From: an uncultured Acidimicrobiales bacterium
Lineage (GTDB): Bacteria > Actinomycetota > Acidimicrobiia > Acidimicrobiales > SHLQ01
Direction: 5' to 3'
NCBI GenBank assembly: GCA_964494395.1
Contig: CAZBTI010000005.1
Coordinates: 12,830 to 55,092 of the forward strand
Length of the DNA stretch: 42,263 nucleotides
Shown here: in pieces, positions 18,047 through 26,460 of the stretch
How the letters are laid out: each line of letters starts with the position of its first letter
Numbering within the stretch: the first letter of the stretch is position 1
Position numbers and translations under genes: made by a program
The notes under the pieces: model-generated
The model's input: only the letters and a program-made list of their open reading frames with translations
Databases searched by the model: none
Told to the model about the DNA's origin: nothing

Positions 18047-18951
18047 GGCAATGGAACTCCTTCGCTAGCAGCGACGATTTCGTAGACGTCCTGGCGATCG
18101 AGCGACACGTCGAACGCAGCAGCAGCCGAAATGAGTCGTGCTGGCGTTTGGGTACCGAGGAGAGCAACGGGCTTGGACGGGTTCGCGAGAACGAAGGCTG
18201 TTGCGATCGCGGCACGGTCGACGCCCTCGCGTTCCGCGAGACGGTCGACGACCTCGAGCAGTTCTGGACGAATGCCATCGCCACTAAACAAGCGGCCACC
18301 GGCGAGCGGGCTCCATGCCATTGGAACAACGCCGTCGCGCATAGCTCGATCGAACGTGCCATCGCGCATTGGTTGCAACTGGGCTACCGAGAATTCCGGT
18401 TGGGTCGACACGATCGGGTGCGTGAGGTGCGCAGAGAGCGCGTCGTACTGATCAACCGTGAAGTTGGAGACACCAACCATGCCGATTTTGCCCTCATCGA
18501 TGAGCGCATCGAGCGTCGCAGCGACAACGGCTGGGTGGGTGAACATGTCGGGACGGTGGATCTGCCACAGATCGATGTGTTCGACCCCGAGACGGGTGAG
18601 CGAGGCCTCGACCGCCGAGCGCAGATATTCAGGGCTCGAGTCGTAGGGCAGCGGCGGCATGATCCCGCCCTTGGTCGCCAGCACCATCCGATCACGCAGC
18701 GACGGGTCTGCGGCCAACACCGCGCCCAACTTCTCTTCGTTCTGGCCAAACCCAGTGCCACCATGATCGAGGCCGTACACGTCGGCGGTGTCGATGAGGT
18801 TCATGCCCGCACTCAACGCGGTTTCGATGAGTTCTTGGTTGATCGTCGTGTCGTCGGCGGTCAGACGCCACGTGCCGTATCCAACGGCGCCAATCTCTGG
18901 TCCATCAACGCCCAACTTGCGGGCGGCAGCGTTCACAAGGTTCGAAGTCAT
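18043..18951 (-). CDS. smoB: Aldo/keto reductase, probable 6-oxo(dehydro)glucose reductase (SmoB/SquF-like)
   Basis: GTWRL, DTADVYG, LATKGGI, IHRPD, GVSNF, MAWSPLAGG; 4-nt overlap with smoC. The specific role is inferred from context. Confidence 0.7.
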   Translation of the reverse strand: MTSNLVNAAARKLGVDGPEIGAVGYGTWRLTADDTTINQELIETALSAGMNLIDTADVYGLDHGGTGFGQNEEKLGAVLAADPSLRDRMVLATKGGIMPPLPYDSSPEYLRSAVEASLTRLGVEHIDLWQIHRPDMFTHPAVVAATLDALIDEGKIGMVGVSNFTVDQYDALSAHLTHPIVSTQPEFSVAQLQPMRDGTFDRAMRDGVVPMAWSPLAGGRLFSGDGIRPELLEVVDRLAEREGVDRAAIATAFVLANPSKPVALLGTQTPARLISAAAAFDVSLDRQDVYEIVAASEGVPLP

Positions 18952-18984
18952 AGGCGCTAGCGTAGCCCATCGAGCCAGTTCGTG

Positions 18985-18998
18985 TGCAAGCGTTTACA
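18985..18998. promoter_or_regulatory. LacI-type operator in the divergent smoB/sqgA promoter
   Basis: TGCAAGCGTTTACA fits TGNAANCGNTTNCA; lies between -10-like boxes at 18959-18964 (minus) and 19024-19029 (plus); overlapped by TTTACAT-atc-ATGTAAA (18993-19009). Confidence 0.7.
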
Positions 18999-19035
18999 TA
19001 TCATGTAAAATCAACGTTTATGGTACGATAGCCAA

Positions 19036-20202
19036 ATGAGCAGTTCGCATATCCGATACGGGATCATCGGAACCGGCATGATGGGCATCGAGCACATCGA
19101 GAACATCTTGGCGCTCGATGACACTTCGGTCGTTGCGATCGCCGACACCGACGCTGGTTCGCGTGAGACCGGCGCAGTGCACGCCGGACCCGATTGTGTG
19201 GCTTACGAAGACTACGAAGACCTGTTGGCCGACCCAAACGTCGATGCCGTCGTCGTCGTAACTCCGAACTTCACCCACATCGACGTGATGACGAAGGTCA
19301 TTGCTTCTGGCAAGCACGTGCTTTGCGAGAAACCACTCTGCACCACCGCGTCCGACTGCAACACGCTGATCTCATTGTCCGAAGGCTACGACGGCGTGAT
19401 CTGGGTGGGCCTCGAGTATCGCTACATGCCTGCGGTCGACGCGCTCATTAGCCAAGTTCGCGACGGTTTCGTCGGCGATGTGCAGATGGTTGCTATCCGC
19501 GAGCACCGCTTTCCGTTCCTTGAGAAGGTCAACCACTGGAATCGCTTCAACAAGAACAGTGGAGGCACCTTGGTCGAGAAGACCTGCCACTACTTCGACC
19601 TCATGAACCTCATCATTGGCGAGCATCCCTTGCAGGTATTCGCGTCCGGAGGACAAAACGTCAACCACCTCGACGAGGTCTACGACGGCGAGACGAGCGA
19701 TATTTTCGACAACGCATACGTCATCATCGATTATCCGAACGGTGTCCGCGCAATGCTCGATCTCTGCATGTTTGCCGAAGCGACAAGGGATCAAGAAGAG
19801 CTCTCGGTCGTAGGGAACCTCGGAAAACTCGACGCTCGGATCCCTACCTCAGAACTCCATCTGGGCAAGCGATCGGGCAAAGGCCTGGCCGATATCGGCG
19901 TGGTCGAGACTCGCCCAATCACCAACGACGAGATTCGCCACACCGGCTTACACCACGGCGCCAGCTACCTCGAACACGTCGACTTCGCCGACGCCGTGAG
20001 GACGCATCGTGCTGCCCGCCTAGCAGCAGTCGACGCCGGCCAGTCGACCGAAGACGCAATCGCTGCCGCCAGTAACGCTGTCGATGCACTCGACACGCTC
20101 GTCAACCTCGACGACGGACTCTGGTCGGTTGCGATCGGCCAAGCCGCCCACCTCTCAATCGCCGAAAACCGGCCAGTAGCCCTCTCCGAAATCATCGACT
20201 AG
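19036..20202 (+). CDS. sqgA: Gfo/Idh/MocA-fold protein, probable GH188 NAD+-dependent sulfoquinovosidase (SqgA-like)
   Basis: GTGMMGIEH, CEKP, GLEYRY, IREHRFPFLEKVNHWNRF, GGTLVEKTCHYFDLM, LDLCMFAE, GLHHGASYLEH; divergent from smoB-smoC. Confidence 0.75.
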   Translation: MSSSHIRYGIIGTGMMGIEHIENILALDDTSVVAIADTDAGSRETGAVHAGPDCVAYEDYEDLLADPNVDAVVVVTPNFTHIDVMTKVIASGKHVLCEKPLCTTASDCNTLISLSEGYDGVIWVGLEYRYMPAVDALISQVRDGFVGDVQMVAIREHRFPFLEKVNHWNRFNKNSGGTLVEKTCHYFDLMNLIIGEHPLQVFASGGQNVNHLDEVYDGETSDIFDNAYVIIDYPNGVRAMLDLCMFAEATRDQEELSVVGNLGKLDARIPTSELHLGKRSGKGLADIGVVETRPITNDEIRHTGLHHGASYLEHVDFADAVRTHRAARLAAVDAGQSTEDAIAAASNAVDALDTLVNLDDGLWSVAIGQAAHLSIAENRPVALSEIID

Positions 20203-20288
20203 TCAACTCCAGGGTCAGACCCTCCAGTTGACCACCAACCACTCCCCTCCCCAAAGGTAAATCCCAGGGTCAGACCCTTGGATTGACC
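20201..20288 (+). repeat. Two REP-like imperfect palindromes left of RAYT
   Basis: AGTCAACTCCAGGGTCAGACCCTCCAGTTGACC (20201-20233) and GGTAAATCCCAGGGTCAGACCCTTGGATTGACC (20256-20288). Confidence 0.85.
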
Positions 20289-20398
20289 TTGAACCTGTTT
20301 CGCTGTCAGACCATCACAGTAAGTTCGCGAGTGAGCTCGTTCACAGCTCACTTCTCGGTGACTTCATCGCCCTCCTCCCTTCAAGACAGAGGGCCAAC

Positions 20399-21349
20399 AT
20401 GGCGAGACCACTACGGATCGACTTTCCCGGCGCGTTCCATCACGTAATGAACCGTGGAGCAGATCACCAGGACACCTATCGGAACAGGCTCGACAAAGCG
20501 CTGTTCCTGACGCTGTGGGAGCAGGCAACATCTCGGTTTGGGATCGAGGTGATCTCCTATGCACTCATGGGGAATCACTACCACGTCTTTGTCCATTGTC
20601 CTGATGGGCAACTGAGTAGAACAATGCAGTACATCGGCCGGGCTTACACCCAAGAGTTCAATCTGCACCATGACAGAGATGGGGCCCTCTTTCGAGGCCG
20701 CTTTCACTCAGTCCTAGTCGATAGCGAAATGTACTTTGCCCGCGTCGCTCGCTACATCGAGCTCAATCCTGTTGCAGCTGGCATCTGCGCAATGGATGAA
20801 CTGAGGAGATATGAGTGGTCTAGCTACCGCTATTCATCTGGCGAAGTCGACTCCCCATACTGGTTGTCGACGCGACATTTGAGAACACGATTCACACAGA
20901 TCGACTACCGCGATTTCGTTGAGGCTGGCGCCCCCGATGACCGCCTCAAGAAGTTCTACGACAGGTCTCGAAAGACTCGAAACATCCTCGGCTCTCCTGC
21001 ATTTGTTGAGCGAATCTCGAAATCGCACCCAAACATCCCTGTCATGGACGGTTGCGCCATTGAATCTCCGACGTTGCCGGAGATTGAGGCGGCGGTGATC
21101 GAAGTCGCAGGTGTTTCGTATCGAACAATCGCAGCTCCGTCGCGCCTCCGTCACCCCGCCCGCACAACCGTGATCATTCTCTGTTCTTTGTTGACCGACG
21201 AACCCAGAGCCCTCTTGGCCGATCGCTTTGGGTTCTCATCAGCTTCGTCATTCGTCAAGGCGGTGACTCAAGCGAAGACAGCACCGGTTGCAGAAGAAGT
21301 CGCAACGTTGCAAGCGCAAGTTCTAGAACGCTTGAGGAATCGGGGGTAA
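20399..21349 (+). mobile_element. REP-associated tyrosine transposase (RAYT, HUH/Y1) with a C-terminal DnaA_C-like HTH
   Basis: MARPLRI..PGAFHHVMNRG, ALMGNHYH (HUH), GALFRGRF, RYIELNP (catalytic Tyr), YEWSSY; palindromic repeats on both sides. Confidence 0.92.
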
Positions 21350-21434
21350 ACCGGAGGGTCTGACCCCGGAGTTGACCGCCGGAGTGCGATGGGTGTTCGG
21401 AGGTGCATGGGAGGGTCTGACCCCGGGATTGACC
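21345..21434 (-). repeat. Two REP-like palindromes right of RAYT, inverted relative to the left pair
   Basis: 21345-21377 (reverse complement GGTCAACTCCGGGGTCAGACCCTCCGGTTTACC, 29/33 identical to the first left unit) and 21402-21434 (reverse complement GGTCAATCCCGGGGTCAGACCCTCCCATGCACC). Confidence 0.85.
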
Positions 21435-21493
21435 ACCGGAGGGGACCGCCGACGATGATCAACCCTGAGGCCGAACTTTGGGGGAACTGTCGC

Positions 21494-22447
21494 CTAACCC
21501 TTGACCGACCCGGCGAGCAGACCTCGCACGAAGTACCGCTGGAGGCTAAAGAACACCGCGATTGGAACGAATGCCTGAACGAACGCTCCAGCGGTGAGGA
21601 GGTGTTCAGTGTCGGTGAAGTCGCCGGACAGGTTGGCGATACGGACCGTGGTGGGAGCGTCAGAACCAATGCCGAGCATCGTGTTGGCGATGAGGAAGTC
21701 GTTCCATGTCCAGAGGAACTGGAAGATCCCGAACGCTGCGAGCGCCGGGACCGAGAGCGGCAGGACGAGTCGCCAGAAGATGCCGAAGTGATTCGCACCA
21801 TCGATCTTGGCCGACTCAAAGATGTCCTTTGGAAGCTGCGAGATGTAGTTGTGTAGCAAGAAGATCGCAAACGGCATCGCGAAGCCCGTATGCGTGAGCC
21901 AAACAGAGGTAGTCGTGCCCGCCAAATTGTTGAGTGGTAGCAACGTCAGCGTCTTGTCGGTGAGAGGAACCGTGAGGTGAGCGCCACCGAACGGGTCGCC
22001 GTCACCAAACAACTGGAGCAAGGGAATCAGCGCAACCTGAAGTGGCAACGCCAGCAGCGAAACGGTCACGATAAACAACCACTTGCGCCCTCTGAAGTCG
22101 ATCCACGCAAAGCCATAGGCGGCAAAGGCAGCGAAAGCGATCGGGATAATCGTCGCTGGGATGGCGATAGCAAGACTCGTCACCAACGATGCGGTCAGAC
22201 TGTTGGTCGCTCCAGCGGACAAAACCTCGGCGTAGTTCTCGAGCGTGATTTCCGGTTCGAGAAGGATGTTCCAGAATGCATTTCGTCGCTGGCCATCGCG
22301 GCTGCGAAACGAGTTGACGGCGAGGCTCAGATTCGGGATCGTCCAAATTGCGACGATGGCCCACATCGCCCACGTCGGAACATCGCTCAACCTCTTGTAG
22401 AGACGGTCGCCCAGACCGCCCCCAGTTGCGGGACCAGTAGCGGTCAT
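21494..22447 (-). CDS. Carbohydrate ABC transporter permease (MalG/AglG-like)
   Basis: AAFAAYGF, PLQVALIP, EAA loop IFESAKIDGA, QFLWTWNDF, QRYFVRGLLAGSVKG. Confidence 0.93.
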   Translation of the reverse strand: MTATGPATGGGLGDRLYKRLSDVPTWAMWAIVAIWTIPNLSLAVNSFRSRDGQRRNAFWNILLEPEITLENYAEVLSAGATNSLTASLVTSLAIAIPATIIPIAFAAFAAYGFAWIDFRGRKWLFIVTVSLLALPLQVALIPLLQLFGDGDPFGGAHLTVPLTDKTLTLLPLNNLAGTTTSVWLTHTGFAMPFAIFLLHNYISQLPKDIFESAKIDGANHFGIFWRLVLPLSVPALAAFGIFQFLWTWNDFLIANTMLGIGSDAPTTVRIANLSGDFTDTEHLLTAGAFVQAFVPIAVFFSLQRYFVRGLLAGSVKG

Positions 22448-24588
22448 GCGTGTCCCTTCTGCAAGTTATAGATGTTGTAGACCATCACCGGAAGGACGAG
22501 TAGGAACATCACGATCGCGATCGCTGCTCCGAAGCCGACGTTTCCGATCTGGAACGACTCGGTGATCATCTGGTTTGCCAAGACGTCGTTGCCGAAGGTT
22601 CCGCGAAGACCAGCAACATTGACGATGTCGAAGACTTTGGTCACCTGAACGATGAGCGTGGTGACCACCACGCCGATCGTCGGGAAGATAGTGGGCAAAG
22701 TCACCTTGAAGAAGATGTCGGCATCGGTGGCCCCATCGACCCTGGCGGACTCGATGAACTCTTGGGGGACGGCCTTGATCGCCGCCGAGATAATGACCAT
22801 GGCGAAGCCGGTCTGAATCCAAATGAGGATCAACATGAGCCAAACATTGTTGAAGGGCTGCTCGGTCAGGAATTGAATCGTCTCGGGCACTAACTCACCC
22901 TGGGCATTGGTGGTGAATCCGCCGAGTCGGGGCCCGATGAAGCGGTATGTCAGCCAAGCGGAAATGAACAAACCAATGGACGCACCAGTGAACGCTCGGT
23001 CGGCGCGAACACGGCGCAAGATTTCGAACGCAAATGCCACCGTCAACGCTCCGAAGAGCACGATCATCACAATTCGCGGAGCGCCCGAGTTGCTCAGCTC
23101 ACCTAAAGCCACCCAAACCGCGTTTAGCGTTCCGGTCTGGCTCTGACTGATCGGGCGGGCTTGGAACTGCAGTCGCCACACGATCGATGCGCCAACGAAC
23201 GAGATTGCCATCGGCATGAAGATGAGGCTCTTGGCGAGGCTCTCCCCCACCTTTGCCCGATCGGACAAGACAGCGATGGCGGTGCCAGCCACAGTCGAGA
23301 CCGTGACCACGGTGAGGACCCACCAGATGTTGTTGAAGAACGTTCCTCGCAATACGGACAACGCAGCGAAGGATGCCAAGAAGAGCGCAAGGAAGATCGC
23401 TCCCATTGCCGTTGGACCGCTCTCGATGGATGCGTGACCGTTGCGACGAATACCTCCAACTACCGAAACGAGAGCGGCGATGACCAAGAGGATCAGTGCG
23501 GCGTAGAACAACCGAGAGGTAAAGAACGCAGCCCAGTTCGAGGTATCGAAGGAGTCTGACGCCGTAAACAGCCGTTGATAATTCGCGAGCTGGACGAACT
23601 CATCGCCGTCGCGATCCGTGAACGAAAGAATGCCGGTTCGAACCGTTGGGATGACCAGAGAAATGAGGAGAAACGAAAGCGCCGGACCAACAAAGATCGC
23701 TGCTCGTGCTCGGCTATCGAATAGGGCCCGTTCACGATGACTTGGAGCAGCCTGCCAACCCGCACCCGCCATCAAGAGGACCAGCGGTGGGATCGTCGAA
23801 ATCAACGGCACGTCGGCGACGACTTCGAACGGCGAGAGCAACCATCCTCCGATCGCCCAGCCAATTCCGGCGCCAATGAGCGCTCCGCGAATCGGATCAC
23901 CGGCCCTGCCAGTAATCAAGGCGCCGAGCGCTCCAAAGATCAGAACCGCAATGATGATGGCGACAAAGTTTGGGTCCGGGCGTTGCAGCACACGAGTGTT
24001 GCTCGCAACAAGAAACCCTCCGACCGCTCCGACCGCCACCGCGAGTCCCAATCGCCCAGCCAGGATCGGAATCGACTTGATGATGAAGAGACCACCACCG
24101 AACAGAAGTGCGCCGAGAACCGGCCACTCGAGGTGACCGAGTAGGCCAACGCCGACGGCTTCGCGCACGAGCAATGGGTCGAGCCCTTCGAACCCTGGAG
24201 CGACGTCTGCAAGCAGCGGCCCCACCGAGCGATTACCACGCAACAGGCCAAAGAAAGCCGCTCCGAGCGTCGCCCCGACGATCCCCGAAAATACGCTCCA
24301 TCGTCGAGCGGACTGATTCACGAAGACGTTCAGCAGAACCCAAAGTCCAATGCAGACCACAACCGATATCAACACGGTGGCGAGCATTCGCAGGACGCGC
24401 TGGAAGTCGCTGCTCGTCATGACCCCGACCGCACCGCCATCGTTCGCGATGACGAGGACGAAGGCTCCACCAAAGATGACGACGAACCCGAGGATCGCTT
24501 TGAATGGACTCGACTTTGAAAGCCGGGCGAGCCCGTAAATCGCCAGAATAACAAGGGCTATGAGAACAATGGCTCCGAGCCACAGCAT
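22444..24588 (-). CDS. Extended carbohydrate ABC transporter permease (MalF/AglF-like)
   Basis: KSLIFMPMAISFVGAS, WIQTGFAMVI, ESARVDGA, KVFDIV; long additional hydrophobic N-terminal region. Confidence 0.88.
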   Translation of the reverse strand: MLWLGAIVLIALVILAIYGLARLSKSSPFKAILGFVVIFGGAFVLVIANDGGAVGVMTSSDFQRVLRMLATVLISVVVCIGLWVLLNVFVNQSARRWSVFSGIVGATLGAAFFGLLRGNRSVGPLLADVAPGFEGLDPLLVREAVGVGLLGHLEWPVLGALLFGGGLFIIKSIPILAGRLGLAVAVGAVGGFLVASNTRVLQRPDPNFVAIIIAVLIFGALGALITGRAGDPIRGALIGAGIGWAIGGWLLSPFEVVADVPLISTIPPLVLLMAGAGWQAAPSHRERALFDSRARAAIFVGPALSFLLISLVIPTVRTGILSFTDRDGDEFVQLANYQRLFTASDSFDTSNWAAFFTSRLFYAALILLVIAALVSVVGGIRRNGHASIESGPTAMGAIFLALFLASFAALSVLRGTFFNNIWWVLTVVTVSTVAGTAIAVLSDRAKVGESLAKSLIFMPMAISFVGASIVWRLQFQARPISQSQTGTLNAVWVALGELSNSGAPRIVMIVLFGALTVAFAFEILRRVRADRAFTGASIGLFISAWLTYRFIGPRLGGFTTNAQGELVPETIQFLTEQPFNNVWLMLILIWIQTGFAMVIISAAIKAVPQEFIESARVDGATDADIFFKVTLPTIFPTIGVVVTTLIVQVTKVFDIVNVAGLRGTFGNDVLANQMITESFQIGNVGFGAAIAIVMFLLVLPVMVYNIYNLQKGHA

Positions 24589-24648
24589 GGGTGGTAAGTG
24601 CTCCTAAATAGCGCAACCGACAAGCTCATGCCGGTGAAAGTGTGGAGC

Positions 24649-24719
24649 CTGTGGGGATGACAACCCATCCCCACAGACCCAATTTCAGTTCTCGATCGAG
24701 GTCTCAGGCGACCTCGATC
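24649..24719 (-). terminator. Two tandem hairpins between the solute-binding protein gene and the permease gene
   Basis: CTGTGGGGATG-acaacc-CATCCCCACAG (24649-24676) and GATCGAGGTC-tcaggc-GACCTCGATC (24694-24719), both perfect stems. Confidence 0.7.
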
Positions 24720-24726
24720 CGGGTAT

Positions 24727-26226
24727 TTAGTTTGTTGGCCAGAAGGTATCGATCTCGGCCGTGCCGTCTTCGATCGAGACATCTCCGTTGACGATCTGCG
24801 TACCAACTTCCCAGAACGCATTGTTGACGTCGCCACCAATGAGGTCAGAAGCGTCGAATCGGAACACATCAGCGTCCTGAAGGATCTGGACGAAGTTCGC
24901 CTCCAGTGGGTTCCACAGCGATGGATCAGCGCCGGTGTTCGCGGTCACGAAGCCCGAGAGGACGAGCTCCTCACTTTCACCTTGAAGTAGCGCTTGCTGT
25001 GCTGCCTGTCGAGCATTTGCGTACTCGGGGCTAGCAAAGTACTCCATCACGGCCCAAACCTCTGGGCGATCGTTGAAGGCACCAACGAAGGTTCCGCCAC
25101 CGAGGACTGGACGGTCGGTGCCGTTACCTGGGAAGAAGAACACGTCGACTGCATCTTCGGTGCCGTCAGCCACGGGGGTTCCTTCTGGGAAGAAGGAGGC
25201 AAAGAACGATGCCTGACGGTGCATGAAGCAGTCTCCGTTGACAAGCGGTTCACCGTTTGCCTGGAAGGCAGTGGTAGCGATGCTGCCACCGGCAGCAAAG
25301 ACCGCGCCTGGCTTGTTCCACTCGTCGATGATGATCTGGAAAGCGTTGGTGAGCTCAGGACTCGAAAAGGTCAGCTCGCCTGCAACCCATGCGTCGTAAT
25401 TCTCCGGGGTGGTGGTTCGAAGCATGATGTCTTCGACCCAGTCAGTGAATGGCCAACCGGTTGCGCCACCCGACTCGATGCCGACACACCATGGGGTGTT
25501 GCCGTCGGCGATCATCGTGTCGCTAAGTGCGAACAGATCGTCGAGGCTCTCGGGGATTTCGTAGCCGGCTGCTTCGAAGCGAGCTGGCTGGTACCACACG
25601 AGCGACTTGAGGTCGTTCTTGTTTGGAAGACCGAACTGGGTGCCATCGAAGTTTGCAAAGTTGATCGCATCTTCGGTCCAGTTCGCCGAAGCTGCTTCGA
25701 TGATCTCGGCTGGAACTTCTTGTACGTGTCCTGCGTCGGCGGCATCGCGAAGGTTGCCGGGCTGCGGGAACACCGAGATGTCTGGGTTGGTGCCAGCCTC
25801 GAGCTGGATGTTGATCTCGGTCTCCCAGTCGGCTGAGCCCTGGTAGATGATCGAGATGCCGTTTGCATTGCCGAACTCTTGGAGCGCCTGGTTCAGTGCG
25901 CCCGCTTCAGCTTCGGAGCGCTCTGGCCCGGAAACGGTAACGACCGGAACCGATCCGTCGTCGTCGCCGCCAGCGCCGGCTTCTGCTTCGAGTTCTGCGA
26001 CTCGTTCCTCAGCCTCGGCTTGGGCAGCTTGGGCCGCTGCGAGTGCATCGTCACCGCCGCCGTCGTCGCCCCCATCGTCGGAACTCTCTTCTTCGCTGTC
26101 AGCTGTCTCTTCGGCGGCATCATCCCCGCCTGCAGCACTATCTGTTGTTGCAGTGCTACCGCACGCCGCAGCAACCAACGACATTGCAAAAAGTGTCGCA
26201 AGCAGCTTCATCCACTTACTTCTCAT
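24727..26226 (-). CDS. Sugar ABC transporter substrate-binding lipoprotein (AglE-like)
   Basis: Lipobox LVAAAC; PQPG, KSLVWY, PWCVGIESGGATGWPFTDWVED, CFMHRQASF, FRFDASD. Confidence 0.9.
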   Translation of the reverse strand: MRSKWMKLLATLFAMSLVAAACGSTATTDSAAGGDDAAEETADSEEESSDDGGDDGGGDDALAAAQAAQAEAEERVAELEAEAGAGGDDDGSVPVVTVSGPERSEAEAGALNQALQEFGNANGISIIYQGSADWETEINIQLEAGTNPDISVFPQPGNLRDAADAGHVQEVPAEIIEAASANWTEDAINFANFDGTQFGLPNKNDLKSLVWYQPARFEAAGYEIPESLDDLFALSDTMIADGNTPWCVGIESGGATGWPFTDWVEDIMLRTTTPENYDAWVAGELTFSSPELTNAFQIIIDEWNKPGAVFAAGGSIATTAFQANGEPLVNGDCFMHRQASFFASFFPEGTPVADGTEDAVDVFFFPGNGTDRPVLGGGTFVGAFNDRPEVWAVMEYFASPEYANARQAAQQALLQGESEELVLSGFVTANTGADPSLWNPLEANFVQILQDADVFRFDASDLIGGDVNNAFWEVGTQIVNGDVSIEDGTAEIDTFWPTN

Positions 26227-26267
26227 AGGGGTCCCCTCCATGTTCAACGCGTCCGGCTCATGCGGAC

Positions 26268-26281
26268 TGTAAACGTTTGCA
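26268..26281. promoter_or_regulatory. LacI-type operator upstream of the solute-binding protein gene
   Basis: TGTAAACGTTTGCA near-palindrome. Confidence 0.75.
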
Positions 26282-26460
26282 TTGGGAACCTAGTGGAACA
26301 TATGCGGTTTGTCACACCGGCCATGCGCACATTCTGCGACGAGTTTCGATTCCGCTAATAATGTCAACGTTTTTTCGGCCCGGTCACCGTTTTTGCGATA
26401 ATCGCTTTTCAGCCGTTTCGAGCCGAAAACCGTCAATTTGACCCTCTGGGAAAGGCGCTA

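Noticed and set aside
20201-21434. Palindromic ~33-bp repeats with ~22-24 bp spacers as a mini-CRISPR
   Set aside because: Only two units per side, divergent, inverted across a RAYT gene, and no cas genes; REP-like is the better explanation.
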